Source of the DNA: Calditrichaceae bacterium
Lineage (GTDB): Bacteria > Calditrichota > Calditrichia > Calditrichales > JBFXGD01
Assembly (NCBI GenBank): GCA_050173015.1
Contig: JBFXLE010000004.1
Coordinates: 128,001-192,000 of the forward strand
DNA: 64,000 bases
Reading direction: 5' to 3'
In this document: positions 34,957 to 45,848 of the stretch, piece by piece
Layout: each line of letters starts with the position of its first letter
Position numbering within the stretch: position 1 is the first letter of the stretch
Notes under the pieces: model-generated
What the model saw: only the letters and a program-made list of their open reading frames with translations
The model's database searches: none
What the model was told of the DNA's origin: nothing
Position numbers and translations under genes: made by a program

Positions 34957-36900
34957 ATGTCAGATGAATTAAAGGAAGTTACTAACCCACAAACCCCTGC
35001 AGATGAAATTACATCCGCGGAAGAAAAACCAAAATCAAAAAAGAAGGCTGATGCCGATTCTACCGCGGTTTTAGAAGAAGTCGTCATTAAACTTGAAGAC
35101 TTGCAGGAAGAAAATGAGTATCCCCAGGAAGAAATGGAATTCCTGACAAATATGTACGACCGTACTATGAATGCCATTACGGAAGGGGAAATAGTCGAAG
35201 GCCGAATATTAGATATCACAGATTCTGATGTAATTATAGATATCGGTTTTAAGTCAGAAGGTATAGTTCCGCTTGATGAATTTGTAAATCTGGAAGATTT
35301 AAAGCCTGGCGATGCAGTTGAAGTGTTTTTGGAAACACTTGAAAGCTCTGACGGTCAATTGGTTCTTTCCCGCAAACGTGCGGATTTTCTGCGTGTTTGG
35401 GAAAGAGTTGTCCGTATGCATGAGGATGATGAAATTGTTCCGGGTACAATCACACGCAGAATCAAAGGCGGTATGGTTGTTAATCTGCTTGGTATTGATG
35501 CGTTCCTGCCGGGTTCTCAGATTGATGTCAAACCGATACGGGATTTTGACAGCTATCTCGGCAGAACAATGAATTATAAAATTGTAAAAGTAAATCATGC
35601 CCGCAAGAACATTGTCGTTTCATCAAGAGTGTTGATCGAAAAAGAAATGGAAAGTCAGCGCGGCGAGATCCTCAAGACTCTCGAGAAAGGTCAGAAACGA
35701 ATCGGGTCGGTTAAAAATATTACTGATTTCGGTGTGTTTATTGATCTTGGCGGCGTCGACGGATTACTGCATATAACCGATTTAAGCTGGGGTCGCGTAA
35801 ATCACCCCTCAGAATTGGTTAAGCTTGATCAGCAATTAGAAGTTATGATCCTGGATTTTAATGAAAACAAAGATCGTATTTCTCTCGGCTTGAAGCAGCT
35901 TCAGCCCCATCCATGGGAAAACGTTGAGAAGAAATATCCGGTTGGTAGTGTAATTAAAGGCAAAGTTGTAAGCATCACGGATTATGGCGCATTTATCGAG
36001 TTGGAAAAAGGCATTGAAGGATTGATTCATATTTCTGAAATGTCCTGGTCACAGCATATTAAACACCCGAGCCAGTTATTGTCCGTAGGTCAGGAAATTG
36101 AAGCTGTTGTGCTCAATATCGCGGCAACAGATAAGAAGATTTCGCTTGGTCTTAAACAGTTGGAACCGGATCCATGGGAGCATGTTGAAGGTAAGTATCC
36201 TGTCGGTACTATTCATAAAGGTGTTGTCCGGAACATTACACAGTTTGGCGCCTTTGTCGAACTCGAAGAAGGAATTGACGGACTGGTTCATATTTCCGAT
36301 CTGTCCTGGACCAAAAAGGTTCGCCACCCTAGTGAAATAGTAAAAAAAGCCGATGAAATTGAAGTTGTTGTCCTCGGAATTAACCGGGAAGAAAGAAGAA
36401 TCGCTCTTGGCCATAAACAGGTGGATGCCAATCCCTGGGATGCTTTTGAAGAGAATTACAGTGTTGAAACAGAAACCACAGGCAAGATTACACGACTGAT
36501 TGAAAAAGGCGCAATCATCACTTTACCAATGGGTGTTGATGGTTTTGTACCAAATCAGCATATGGGTCTGCCAAAGGGTAAAAAAGCATCTGATGTTTAT
36601 AATGTCGGTGATGATATTCCCGCGAAGGTGATCGAATTCGATAAGGATAACAAAAAAATCGTTCTTTCTGTTAATGCTTATTTTAAAGACAAGGAAAGAG
36701 AAGAATGGGAGAAATATCTGAATTCTCATGGTATTTCAAAAACGACTCTTGAAGATATCGCAAAAACAGATGGTACTGATCTGGCTGATATTGCTGATGA
36801 CAGCGAAACAGAAACACCAAAAACTTCAGAAACCAAAACTGAAGAGGTAAGTGAATCTGCCGATGATCAGGAAAGCGAAGAGACTAAAGAAGACAAGTAA
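34957..36900 (+). CDS. rpsA: 30S ribosomal protein S1
   Basis: Six S1 repeats (DIGFKSEG, AFLPGSQ, DGLLHITDLSW, EGLIHISEMSW, DGLVHISDLSW, VDGFVP). Confidence 0.97.
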   Translation: MSDELKEVTNPQTPADEITSAEEKPKSKKKADADSTAVLEEVVIKLEDLQEENEYPQEEMEFLTNMYDRTMNAITEGEIVEGRILDITDSDVIIDIGFKSEGIVPLDEFVNLEDLKPGDAVEVFLETLESSDGQLVLSRKRADFLRVWERVVRMHEDDEIVPGTITRRIKGGMVVNLLGIDAFLPGSQIDVKPIRDFDSYLGRTMNYKIVKVNHARKNIVVSSRVLIEKEMESQRGEILKTLEKGQKRIGSVKNITDFGVFIDLGGVDGLLHITDLSWGRVNHPSELVKLDQQLEVMILDFNENKDRISLGLKQLQPHPWENVEKKYPVGSVIKGKVVSITDYGAFIELEKGIEGLIHISEMSWSQHIKHPSQLLSVGQEIEAVVLNIAATDKKISLGLKQLEPDPWEHVEGKYPVGTIHKGVVRNITQFGAFVELEEGIDGLVHISDLSWTKKVRHPSEIVKKADEIEVVVLGINREERRIALGHKQVDANPWDAFEENYSVETETTGKITRLIEKGAIITLPMGVDGFVPNQHMGLPKGKKASDVYNVGDDIPAKVIEFDKDNKKIVLSVNAYFKDKEREEWEKYLNSHGISKTTLEDIAKTDGTDLADIADDSETETPKTSETKTEEVSESADDQESEETKEDK

Positions 36901-36921
36901 TAAATATAGTTGAGTTTACAG

Positions 36922-36954
36922 AAAAAAAACCGTCTCGAGCAGACGGTTTTTTTT
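36922..36954 (+). terminator. Intrinsic terminator after rpsA
   Basis: A-run-CCGTCT-cgagc-AGACGG-T-run. Confidence 0.88.
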
Positions 36955-37067
36955 ATTTTTGCTTATTAATTTTATTTTTAAGTCGATTTACCTACATATA
37001 AATTTTTATATTGTATCCGGAATTCAGACATTCATCGCAAAACCGAGCCTGAGAACACTATTCACCC

Positions 37068-38105
37068 ATGTATTATCAAAAACGGGCTGATATGTTATCT
37101 TTTCAAAATCGGGTATTTTACAACATTGGCATAGATCTGGGCACCGCCAATACCATTGTTTATGTAAATAAAAAAGGGTACATCATTAATGAACCCTCCG
37201 TCATTGCTTTTAAAAGCAGTTCCGATATTATTGCCATCGGAACGGAAGCAAAAAAAATGCTCGGTAAAACCCACAAAGATATTAAAGTCATACGTCCGCT
37301 GGCTGACGGGGTTATAGCAGATTTTGTCGCGGGTGAAGCAATGATAAAGCGATTTATTAAATTGGCTCAGATTCCGCGATTCCTTATTCATAAAATAGTG
37401 ATTGGTGTTCCGACAGGAATTACATCTGTGGAAAAACGGGCTGTCATAGAAAGCGCGCAGGTTGCAGGAGCGAAGAAGGTTTTTCTGGTCACCGAACCAA
37501 TGGCGGCTGCCATAGGTGTCGGGCTGGATGTACTCGGATCAAATGCCTGTATGATCGTCGATATTGGAGGTGGAACCGCCGATATTGCAGTAATAAATTA
37601 CGGGGGCATTGTGGTGGATAATACGCTCCGCATTGCCGGTGATGAAATGAACGAGGCTATCGTTCGATATTTTAAGAATAATTATCATATCCGTATCGGA
37701 GAAATGACCGCTGAAACATTAAAAATTGACTATGGCACAGCCTTCAGCAATAATCATTCAAAAATGTTTGAAATCAAAGGAATTGATTACCAGACATCCA
37801 TTCCAAGACAACTTCTGCTTTCAAATGATATCTTCGCCGATGCCCTTCATGAAGTGTTAAATACGATCACTAATGCCATATTATCCACTCTTGATCAGCT
37901 GCCTCCGGAACTGGCAAGTGATATCATAGACCGCGGTCTGATTCTCACCGGAGGCGGAGCATTGCTCAGCGGTCTCGATGACTATCTCAGAGAAAGGATC
38001 AATATCCCGGTAAGCCGTCCGGAAAATGCCCTTTATTGCGTTGCGGAAGGGACGAGAAAAATTCTGGAGTCATTTGATTACTATAAGCCGGTACTATTTT
38101 GCTAA
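37068..38105 (+). CDS. mreB: MreB/Mbl family actin-like protein (stand-alone)
   Basis: IGIDLGTANT, NEPSV, RPLADGVIADF, EPMAAAIG, DIGGGT, LTGGGALL. Confidence 0.88.
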   Translation: MYYQKRADMLSFQNRVFYNIGIDLGTANTIVYVNKKGYIINEPSVIAFKSSSDIIAIGTEAKKMLGKTHKDIKVIRPLADGVIADFVAGEAMIKRFIKLAQIPRFLIHKIVIGVPTGITSVEKRAVIESAQVAGAKKVFLVTEPMAAAIGVGLDVLGSNACMIVDIGGGTADIAVINYGGIVVDNTLRIAGDEMNEAIVRYFKNNYHIRIGEMTAETLKIDYGTAFSNNHSKMFEIKGIDYQTSIPRQLLLSNDIFADALHEVLNTITNAILSTLDQLPPELASDIIDRGLILTGGGALLSGLDDYLRERINIPVSRPENALYCVAEGTRKILESFDYYKPVLFC

Positions 38106-38675
38106 TTCGGGATTTCCTAGAAAAAAGTGTTGAAGTGTAAGCATGGTTTTTCCGTCAACGAGTTCACCCCTCATCAATTTTTGATACAGTTCTGCGCGAT
38201 TGATTTTAATAATTTCAATGTCTTCATGTTCATCTATAACACCGCCTCCCGCGAATTTTTTATCTTCTGAATTACAGTAACCTATATATAAATGCATTTT
38301 TTCTGTACTCGCGCCGGGGCTGACAAAAACGGTACAAATGTATTCAAAATCTGTAATCACATATCCGGATTCTTCAATACATTCTCTGTAAGCGCAATCA
38401 AGCGGGCTCTCATTGTCCAGCATTCCTGCGACTATTTCATCAAGCCATCCGGATAATCCCGAATCATATACGGCAAACCTGAATTGTCTCACAAGAATAA
38501 AAACATCTTCATCCCTGACATATATAAGGACGCCGACCGAATTACCACGTTCAAAATTTAACCTCCTTATGGTCTCTGACCAGTCACCGGAAAATTTTTT
38601 GTGTTGAAGTCTTATATCATCCACTTTAAAAAGATCATCAAGCAGACGTTTTCTTCCCAGGATTTTTACTTCCAT
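38094..38675 (-). CDS. Nudix hydrolase, ADP-ribose/NDP-sugar pyrophosphatase type
   Basis: RQFR, EIVAGMLD...AYRECIEESG, SPGASTE, EHEDI, DGKT. Confidence 0.85.
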   Translation of the reverse strand: MEVKILGRKRLLDDLFKVDDIRLQHKKFSGDWSETIRRLNFERGNSVGVLIYVRDEDVFILVRQFRFAVYDSGLSGWLDEIVAGMLDNESPLDCAYRECIEESGYVITDFEYICTVFVSPGASTEKMHLYIGYCNSEDKKFAGGGVIDEHEDIEIIKINRAELYQKLMRGELVDGKTMLTLQHFFLGNPELAK

Positions 38676-38874
38676 TACCACCTCATAAATGAAAATTTTT
38701 CAAAAGTACCTTTAGCGCAGGCATGATGCAAATCTTAATTTTATTACCCCGATGTTCGTATCAATTGACATGGCCTCTTTTACCCTGAATGTAAAATCTC
38801 AATGAAATAAAATGAGCGATATGAGCGTTATTTAAAGAGAAACCAATTACATATATATTTATTTCGGAATAGTA

Positions 38875-39852
38875 ATGAATAATAATATCATTGATGGAAA
38901 TAATTTTAAAAAAATACGGGTCGGGATCAGCAGTTGTTTACTCGGCTTAAATGTCAGGTTTGACGGTGGGCATAAAAAAGATCCATATATCACGAGTACA
39001 CTTGGAGAATACTTTGAATGGGTTCCGGTATGCCCTGAAGTTGAAACAGGTATGGGAATTCCGAGAGAGAGCATAAGACTGAAGGGAGAGAGTGATCAGC
39101 CGAGATTAATAGCACAAAAAAGCGGAAAAGATCATACTAACCAAATGAATGAATATGCCAGAAATAAAATTACTGAGCTGTCAGAACCCGGGATATCGGG
39201 TTATATAGTTAAAAAAGGGTCCCCAACCTGCGGGATGTGGAGGGTTCGTGTTTATAATGATAAAAATATGCCGTCAAACAGCGGCACCGGTTTGTATGCA
39301 AAAATTTTGATGGAATCCTATCCGCTGCTGCCGGTTGAAGAAGAAGGGCGTCTGAATGATATTCGGCTTCGTGAAAACTTTGTGGAAAGGGTCTTCACAT
39401 TTAACCGTTTGCTGGATTTTTTAGGCCATGATCCGGGGCCTTCCGAGTTTATCCGGTTTCACTCGAGACATAAATTGATGCTTCTCGCTCACAGTCCCGC
39501 GGGTTTAAGCAAATTAGGAAAAATTGTATCTCAGGCCGGCAATGAGGGCGCAAGCGTGAGAATTAAACAATATTTGCACCTGTTTATGTCAGTTATGAAT
39601 ACAATCGCCAGTGTAAAAAATCATACAAATGTGCTCCACCACATGGCAGGATATTTCAAAAAATTACTCTCTTCTCAAGACAAAAGGGAGCTGGCGTCCC
39701 TGATTGACGAATATCGCAATAAATATGTACCCCTGGTCGTTCCACTGACGCTGATCAATCATCACTTACGGAATTACCCGGTACCATGGATTCAGGATCA
39801 GATTTATTTGAATCCTTATCCCAGAGAATTATTGCTAAGAAATTCAATCTGA
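38875..39852 (+). CDS. DUF523/DUF1722 (YbgA-like; thiouracil desulfidase-like N-domain) protein
   Basis: VGISSCLLG...RFDGGHK, PVCPEV, KGSPTCG, EEEGRL, FHSRHKL, GYFK, QIYLNPYP. Confidence 0.9.
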   Translation: MNNNIIDGNNFKKIRVGISSCLLGLNVRFDGGHKKDPYITSTLGEYFEWVPVCPEVETGMGIPRESIRLKGESDQPRLIAQKSGKDHTNQMNEYARNKITELSEPGISGYIVKKGSPTCGMWRVRVYNDKNMPSNSGTGLYAKILMESYPLLPVEEEGRLNDIRLRENFVERVFTFNRLLDFLGHDPGPSEFIRFHSRHKLMLLAHSPAGLSKLGKIVSQAGNEGASVRIKQYLHLFMSVMNTIASVKNHTNVLHHMAGYFKKLLSSQDKRELASLIDEYRNKYVPLVVPLTLINHHLRNYPVPWIQDQIYLNPYPRELLLRNSI

Positions 39853-39920
39853 ATCAAATTTTGCTTATACAGAGCAAATGGATTTATAAATGGTGAAAGT
39901 AGAGGCGGGAATACTTATCA

Positions 39921-40370
39921 ATGAAATATCATAAATTTACAACCCAAACCATCATCGAAAAACCCCTGGAAACGGTTTTTTCCTATTTTGGCGACGCGGC
40001 GAATTTGCAGGATCTGACGCCTCCATGGTTACATTTCAAAATTATCACTAAACTTCCGATAGATATGAAAAAAGACGCTCTGATTGACTATCAGTTAAAA
40101 TTGTACGGAATACCATTTCATTGGCAAACAAAAATTTTAGGATGGAGCCCTCCGGATCATTTTGTAGATATCCAACTCAAAGGTCCTTACAAAGAGTGGA
40201 TTCATATTCATCGCTTTGAAAAACAGGGTAAAAATACGATTATGAATGACCAAGTTTATTATTCTCTGCCTTTTGGCTGGTTAAGTATTCCGGCGCGGTA
40301 TTTACTTGTCAGAAAAAATATTGAAAAAATTTTTGATTACAGAAGAAAACAATTGATAAATTTACTCTGA
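39921..40370 (+). CDS. SRPBCC family protein
   Basis: NLQDLTPPWLHF, FVDIQLKGPY, WIHIHRF, IFDYR. Confidence 0.85.
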   Translation: MKYHKFTTQTIIEKPLETVFSYFGDAANLQDLTPPWLHFKIITKLPIDMKKDALIDYQLKLYGIPFHWQTKILGWSPPDHFVDIQLKGPYKEWIHIHRFEKQGKNTIMNDQVYYSLPFGWLSIPARYLLVRKNIEKIFDYRRKQLINLL

Positions 40371-40419
40371 TCCGAGTTGAAAAATAAGGTTATCTATTCA
40401 AATACACTTATTCGTTGAG

Positions 40420-41760
40420 GTGCCGACTATCAATTATCAGAAGAAAAATACAGAACAAGAAGAAATTGTAAATGTTTTTTGGTTCCGCCGGGATTTAAGA
40501 TTGAACGACAACGCGGGATTGTACCATTGTCTGCGGTCCGGTTTGCCCGTTATCCCTGTTTTTATTTTTGACACCGAAATTCTTGATAAGCTTAATGACA
40601 GGAATGACCGGCGTGTGGAATTTATACACAGGTCACTCATGGATATCCAGTCAAAACTGACGTCAAAAAACAGAAGTCTGATGGTCTTACACGGAAGCCC
40701 TAAATCCGTATGGCAAAAACTGATAAAAGATTTCAGGATAAAATCAGTTTATATCAATCACGATTATGAACCTTACGCAATCAGCCGTGATAAAGAAATA
40801 AGTACCCTTCTCCGGAAAAACGGCATTGAATTCCATAGTTATAAAGATCAGGTTATTTTTGAAGAGAAAGAAATTGTTCGTGAAAATGGTCATCCATACT
40901 CCGTTTATACACCATATCGAAAAAAATGGGAGCACTTATTAAGTATCAAAGATCTTACCGGATATACATCGGAACGACTTATTGACCATTTCCGTGTAAT
41001 GAAATCCGAAAAAATTCCTGATCTGGACCGGTTAGGTTTTGTAAAATCAGGATTTATTTATCCGGAAAAGATCATTCATGATAATATTATAGCGGATTAC
41101 GAGAGTAAAAGAGATTTTCCCGGTATCAGAGGAACATCAGGACTAAGCGTGCATTTGAGATTTGGTACCATAAGTATCCGGTATCTGGTAAAAAGGGCGC
41201 TTGAGCTCAATGAAACCTGGTTAAGTGAACTTATCTGGCGAGAATTTTTTATGATGATTTTATGGCACTTTCCGAGAGTGATCAATGAGCCTTTCAGAAG
41301 AAAATATAAAAATATTCCGTGGCGGGATGATCCGGAAGGTTTTGAACGCTGGAGCGCCGGAACAACCGGTTACCCGATTGTCGATGCCGGGATGCGGGAA
41401 CTGAATCAGACCGGTTTGATGCATAATCGCGTTCGAATGATCACGGCGGGCTTTCTCACAAAACATTTACTGATTGACTGGAGAAAAGGGGAGAGATATT
41501 TTGCTGAAAAATTGCTGGACTTTGATCTGGCGGCCAATAACGGCAATTGGCAGTGGGCTGCAGGCTGTGGATGTGACGCGGCGCCATATTTCAGAATATT
41601 TAATCCGCTAATCCAGGCAAAAAAGTATGATGCCGATCTTATGTATATTAAAAAATGGGTTCCTGAAGTTGAAACTTCAGATTACCCGTCACCGGTTGTT
41701 GAACATTCTTATGCGCGGAACAGAGCCCTGGATGTATATAAATCAGCTGTGATAGAATAA
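40420..41760 (+). CDS. phr: Deoxyribodipyrimidine photolyase (class I)
   Basis: WFRRDLRLNDN, TSGLSVHLRFG, WREFF, TGYPIVDAGMREL, MHNRVRM, NNGNWQW, PYFRIFNP. Confidence 0.93.
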   Translation: MPTINYQKKNTEQEEIVNVFWFRRDLRLNDNAGLYHCLRSGLPVIPVFIFDTEILDKLNDRNDRRVEFIHRSLMDIQSKLTSKNRSLMVLHGSPKSVWQKLIKDFRIKSVYINHDYEPYAISRDKEISTLLRKNGIEFHSYKDQVIFEEKEIVRENGHPYSVYTPYRKKWEHLLSIKDLTGYTSERLIDHFRVMKSEKIPDLDRLGFVKSGFIYPEKIIHDNIIADYESKRDFPGIRGTSGLSVHLRFGTISIRYLVKRALELNETWLSELIWREFFMMILWHFPRVINEPFRRKYKNIPWRDDPEGFERWSAGTTGYPIVDAGMRELNQTGLMHNRVRMITAGFLTKHLLIDWRKGERYFAEKLLDFDLAANNGNWQWAAGCGCDAAPYFRIFNPLIQAKKYDADLMYIKKWVPEVETSDYPSPVVEHSYARNRALDVYKSAVIE

Positions 41761-41816
41761 AAAATCGCCAGAAAGACGGGTAATAAGTTAATTATGAAGA
41801 GTATATGGATTAAAAA

Positions 41817-44177
41817 TCAATATCTGACTGTGAAGCCGGCAATCAGATTTCTTCCAGGGCCGTTAATCCCGGATCCATGTTCCCTGTAATTTACATCGGT
41901 GATATTTTCCAGAGCCAGGCGTATTTCGTACTTTTTTGAATAGGTGAGACCCACTCTCAGGTTATACGTTTTCCATCCCGGAGTGCCTCTGGCAGGAATG
42001 CGTGGATCATCTTTGTCATCTGAAGAAAGCCGGTTTTGTGTTCCGGCGAAACGGAAATAAAAATCAGCATACCTGTTTTCATTGGTCCACTTCAAACCCA
42101 ATAAACCAAAGACGGGTGGAATTCCGCCCACAGGCTCATCCAACGATTTGTTCTGTCCCCGGGTGGCGGTAATATTCCCCCGCAGATTTAAATTATGAGC
42201 GAGAAAAAATTCCCCGTTTGCTTCAATACCCAGAATTTTAGCTTTACCGATATTTTGTTTTGATTTGACCTTATATTCGATATCGTTTTTCACAATATAA
42301 GGCATACCATTATAATTTGCGTCCGCGCTTGCAATCAGGTCAGTGATATCAGAATAATAGGCATCTAATCCGGCCACCAGTCTCTCCGTGTGAATTCTCA
42401 AACCCAGATCATAGCTCCAGATTTTTTCAGCATCCAAATCCGGATTTGGCACCTCATACGTGTTTCCTTTTGATTCGCCTAGTTTTGAAAGATCACTTAA
42501 ATTCGGCGCGCGAAAAGCCTGACCGGCGTGGGCGGTGACATTAATAAAATCCGTGAGCCTGTAAACTCCTCCAAAGCTGCCTGTGACAGAATGAAAATCC
42601 TGTGAAAATCTATTAGAACCGGTCTGTTCAGATGAATCCCGTATCATTAAAAAATTTGTAAGCGCGAGGTTGTATCTGAGACCAAAAGTCGCGCTAAATC
42701 GTTTAGAAACAGTTATTTCATCTTGCACAAACAATCCATAGCTGTTATAAATCGCTCCGTCAGGGTAGCGCCCTGTTTGATCCTCCTCCGAAATGCCGTT
42801 CACCTCATCGAAAACGCTCCTTCGGCTGTTAACATAATCATGATACATATCGGTACCGGCGGTAAGCAAATGTCGTGATTGGGCTGAATTTATCTGAAGG
42901 TTTAGTCCGAGTGTTTCTACATCATCGGTTTCAATGGTTAAAAAAGTTGATCCGTCTTTTTGTGTTTTACGCCCTTCTTCCTGTTTTTGAAATGAAACGG
43001 TTGTTTTAATCTCGTTAATATACTTTCCGTGCGGTTTGTTCTCATGCAATAGGTAAATAAGACTGCGCCTTTGCGGTTCATAGAGCCATTTTGAATAGTC
43101 ATCATTTTCATATTTGTCATAGCGCGGTACATCATCCTGATTTGATACTTGATAGGATAGAATAAACCGTCCCGCGGGACTCGGGGAGAATATCAGTTTT
43201 GCGTCTATATCCTGAGCCTTGAAACCGCTGGGCGACTGCAGCAGGCCATTGGTGGAATTCTCAAGTTCGGTATGACTGCTGTTTTTGCCCCTGCGCAGAT
43301 CATTATAGTCCTTTAACGTAAAGCCGCCGCTGAAGGCGATCCTCTTATTCCGGTATGAGATGCCGCCTCTGAGCAGACGTTCATCATCCGCTGATGCATA
43401 TCGCCCGGTCAGCAAATAATTCAAAGATTTGTCATTGTCGGTGAATCCCGGTTCTTTTGTGAGGAGATTGATTGTTCCTCCGAGAGCATCGCTTCCATAC
43501 AGAACGGATGAGGGACCGCGAACAACTTCAATTCGCTCCAGATTCTGATTGTCAACCGTCGTCAGATACTGATGGTTGCCAAGCCGGTAAGTGGAATTAT
43601 TCAGCCTGATACCGTCCACCAGAATGAGAATCTGATTTGACCCAAATCCCCGGATTATCGCTGAACCACCGCCATGATTTGTCTTTTGAACAAAAATACC
43701 ATTTTCTTCACGTAAAGCCTCAGCGGTTGTTTTGGAATTTCTTTCAAGTATTTTCAGCGCGCTGACCGAATTAACCGCGGTAGAAAGTTCATAGGATTCC
43801 TGTCGGGTTCTGGTAGCGGTTATCACGGCCGCGTCAGTTTCAAACAACTGTTCCGTCAGTTGAATGGGGTCAAGTGAAATACTGGAATTTTCATTTACTA
43901 AAATATTCTTAATAATTTTTATCTTATATCCGATATGTGAGATTTTTAAATCATACTTTCCAGGATTCAGAGCATCAAAAGTGAATTTCCCTTCCTTGTC
44001 CGAAATAGCGGTTTTTTCTGATTCTAAAATCTTGATATACGCGTTCTGTACCGGCGCATTTTCACTGTCAATGATAACGCCGGTTACAACCCTAATGCCA
44101 TTCTGCGCGTTAAGGGACAATGGGAGCAGTAATAAAATCGAAGCGATCAGGAATTTTCTCTGAATTACAATACGCAC
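41817..44177 (-). CDS. TonB-dependent receptor (hemin/siderophore-like clade, substrate unknown)
   Basis: CarboxypepD-like N-domain; QKTNHGGGSAIIRG, RIEVVRGPSSVLYGSDALGG, FRAPN, ENITDVNYREHGSG; C-terminal FTVRY. Confidence 0.88.
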   Translation of the reverse strand: MRIVIQRKFLIASILLLLPLSLNAQNGIRVVTGVIIDSENAPVQNAYIKILESEKTAISDKEGKFTFDALNPGKYDLKISHIGYKIKIIKNILVNENSSISLDPIQLTEQLFETDAAVITATRTRQESYELSTAVNSVSALKILERNSKTTAEALREENGIFVQKTNHGGGSAIIRGFGSNQILILVDGIRLNNSTYRLGNHQYLTTVDNQNLERIEVVRGPSSVLYGSDALGGTINLLTKEPGFTDNDKSLNYLLTGRYASADDERLLRGGISYRNKRIAFSGGFTLKDYNDLRRGKNSSHTELENSTNGLLQSPSGFKAQDIDAKLIFSPSPAGRFILSYQVSNQDDVPRYDKYENDDYSKWLYEPQRRSLIYLLHENKPHGKYINEIKTTVSFQKQEEGRKTQKDGSTFLTIETDDVETLGLNLQINSAQSRHLLTAGTDMYHDYVNSRRSVFDEVNGISEEDQTGRYPDGAIYNSYGLFVQDEITVSKRFSATFGLRYNLALTNFLMIRDSSEQTGSNRFSQDFHSVTGSFGGVYRLTDFINVTAHAGQAFRAPNLSDLSKLGESKGNTYEVPNPDLDAEKIWSYDLGLRIHTERLVAGLDAYYSDITDLIASADANYNGMPYIVKNDIEYKVKSKQNIGKAKILGIEANGEFFLAHNLNLRGNITATRGQNKSLDEPVGGIPPVFGLLGLKWTNENRYADFYFRFAGTQNRLSSDDKDDPRIPARGTPGWKTYNLRVGLTYSKKYEIRLALENITDVNYREHGSGINGPGRNLIAGFTVRY

Positions 44178-44356
44178 TATCTCAACTTCTCAAGTTTAAA
44201 TTTCAGAAAATTTGTCTGAAATTAGTCAACAATCTTTTTATTTAAATGATGAATCATCAGAGTGATCCTAATTTAATCAAATGATAATTTATATATGTGA
44301 TAAAGATAACTGAAACAAAAGTAGAGTGATTATTATTTTAATCTGTCTCATTTATA

Positions 44357-44398
44357 AAAAAAAAATCCGCCACATCGATTGAAGCAGCGGATTTTTTG
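44357..44398. terminator. Intrinsic terminator downstream of csp
   Basis: A-run-TCCGC...GCGGA-T-run. Confidence 0.7.
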
Positions 44399-44420
44399 TG
44401 GTTTTCAGTAACGCTTGCTT

Positions 44421-44633
44421 TTAGCTTATAAGTACCAAATCGCTGGCGACCGGTCCTTTATTTCCATCAACAACGGTAAATTCGACTTTTTGCGATTCCT
44501 CCAGCGTTTTAAATCCTTCCGTCTGAATTGCGGTATAATGGACAAAGATATCTTCACCATTATCGGTACTAATGAAGCCATACCCTTTTTTGGCATCAAA
44601 CCATTTTACGGTGCCTGTTTGACGATCAGCCAT
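44421..44633 (-). CDS. Cold-shock protein (CspA family)
   Basis: [15 protein letters not shown] (RNP1), DIFVHY (RNP2); ATG 44633 behind GGAGG. Confidence 0.95.
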   Translation of the reverse strand: MADRQTGTVKWFDAKKGYGFISTDNGEDIFVHYTAIQTEGFKTLEESQKVEFTVVDGNKGPVASDLVLIS

Positions 44634-44875
44634 TTGAAAAAAACCTCCCAATAAAACTTATACTTAAAGATATTAAATAATAACAGCGCATCTTTGTTTT
44701 CGATTGATCAAAGAATATCTGTCATCAAAAAAACAAAAATAATTAACATTATATTTTAAAGCAATGAGAAAAATCAATGATTATTTTGTGGTTTGGTGGT
44801 TAAAAAAAGCGAATGTGTTGTAATAAGTTGCTCGGTTTCGGGGCCGGAATCATATCGGCGCGGTGTTTGACGAAT

Positions 44876-45706
44876 CTAAACAGTACGGTATACTACCTTG
44901 TTTTTCCCATTATTTTTGGCGTTGTACATCAGATTATCGGCTTCTTTAATGGCTGTATTTACCGAAGAAGGCGGAATATTATAAGTGACAAGACCAATGC
45001 TGAATGTAACCGGCCAGCCATTTGTTCTCATGTAATTTAAAAGTGTCTTTTGAATTCTGTCAATGGATTTACGCGCTTCATCATGATAGATCTCCGGAAA
45101 CATAATGATGAATTCATCGCCTCCCAGACGCGCTACTATATCAATGGCCCGGATATTTTTTTGTAGGATTTGAGCGGTCGATCTTATGAGCAGATCACCG
45201 GTGTCATGTCCCAGATTGTCATTTACCCACTTAAAATTATCAAGATCGATATAAGCGAATGACAGGGGATGGTTGAAACGTTCAGCGCGAAGGATTTCAA
45301 GCGCCGCAAATTCGTCAAAATTACGCGGATTGGAAACACCTGTCATCGAATCGGTTCGGGATAATTTTTGTTCTATCTGCAGTAATTCCTTTAATTTCGC
45401 AATCATGAATACGATAATGAGAAAAAAGGCCAGGCGGACGATCATATTCCAATAGGCGATAATGATAGTGGAATAGGTGTGTCCCCCGATTAAATCGGCA
45501 GCAAGCCATTCAATGGCGGCGATAAAAGCCAGAACAAGACCGCAATTTTTGTTCCCGTACCAGACGGACATCATGATAGGAAACAGATAAAAAATGGAAA
45601 AACTGATTTCTTGTCCGGTAATGAGATCTATTAATCCGATTAACAGGACTAAAAGAAGAGAAATAATAAGAGTCAACCAAAGGGGAGAGTTTTTTAATGA
45701 AAACAT
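44876..45706 (-). CDS. Membrane-anchored diguanylate cyclase (GGDEF)
   Basis: N-terminal TM helices; DSMTG, DLDNFK, RAID...RLGGDEF, ADNLMYNAK. Confidence 0.92.
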   Translation of the reverse strand: MFSLKNSPLWLTLIISLLLVLLIGLIDLITGQEISFSIFYLFPIMMSVWYGNKNCGLVLAFIAAIEWLAADLIGGHTYSTIIIAYWNMIVRLAFFLIIVFMIAKLKELLQIEQKLSRTDSMTGVSNPRNFDEFAALEILRAERFNHPLSFAYIDLDNFKWVNDNLGHDTGDLLIRSTAQILQKNIRAIDIVARLGGDEFIIMFPEIYHDEARKSIDRIQKTLLNYMRTNGWPVTFSIGLVTYNIPPSSVNTAIKEADNLMYNAKNNGKNKVVYRTV

Positions 45707-45798
45707 ACATTATCCCGGTCAGTATATTCCTTTTGAATCCAGATTTTGCCCAAATTTCATATATCCATAAAAAAACAAACTAAAAAGCAGCAAAAAAT

Positions 45799-45831
45799 GA
45801 AAATGCCGGTCAGAATGTCTCCGGCATTTTC
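45799..45831 (-). terminator. Intrinsic terminator after slyD
   Basis: GAAAATGCCGG...CCGGCATTTTC, with a T-rich tail on the minus strand. Confidence 0.7.
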
Positions 45832-45848
45832 TCAATCGTCTTTAAAGT

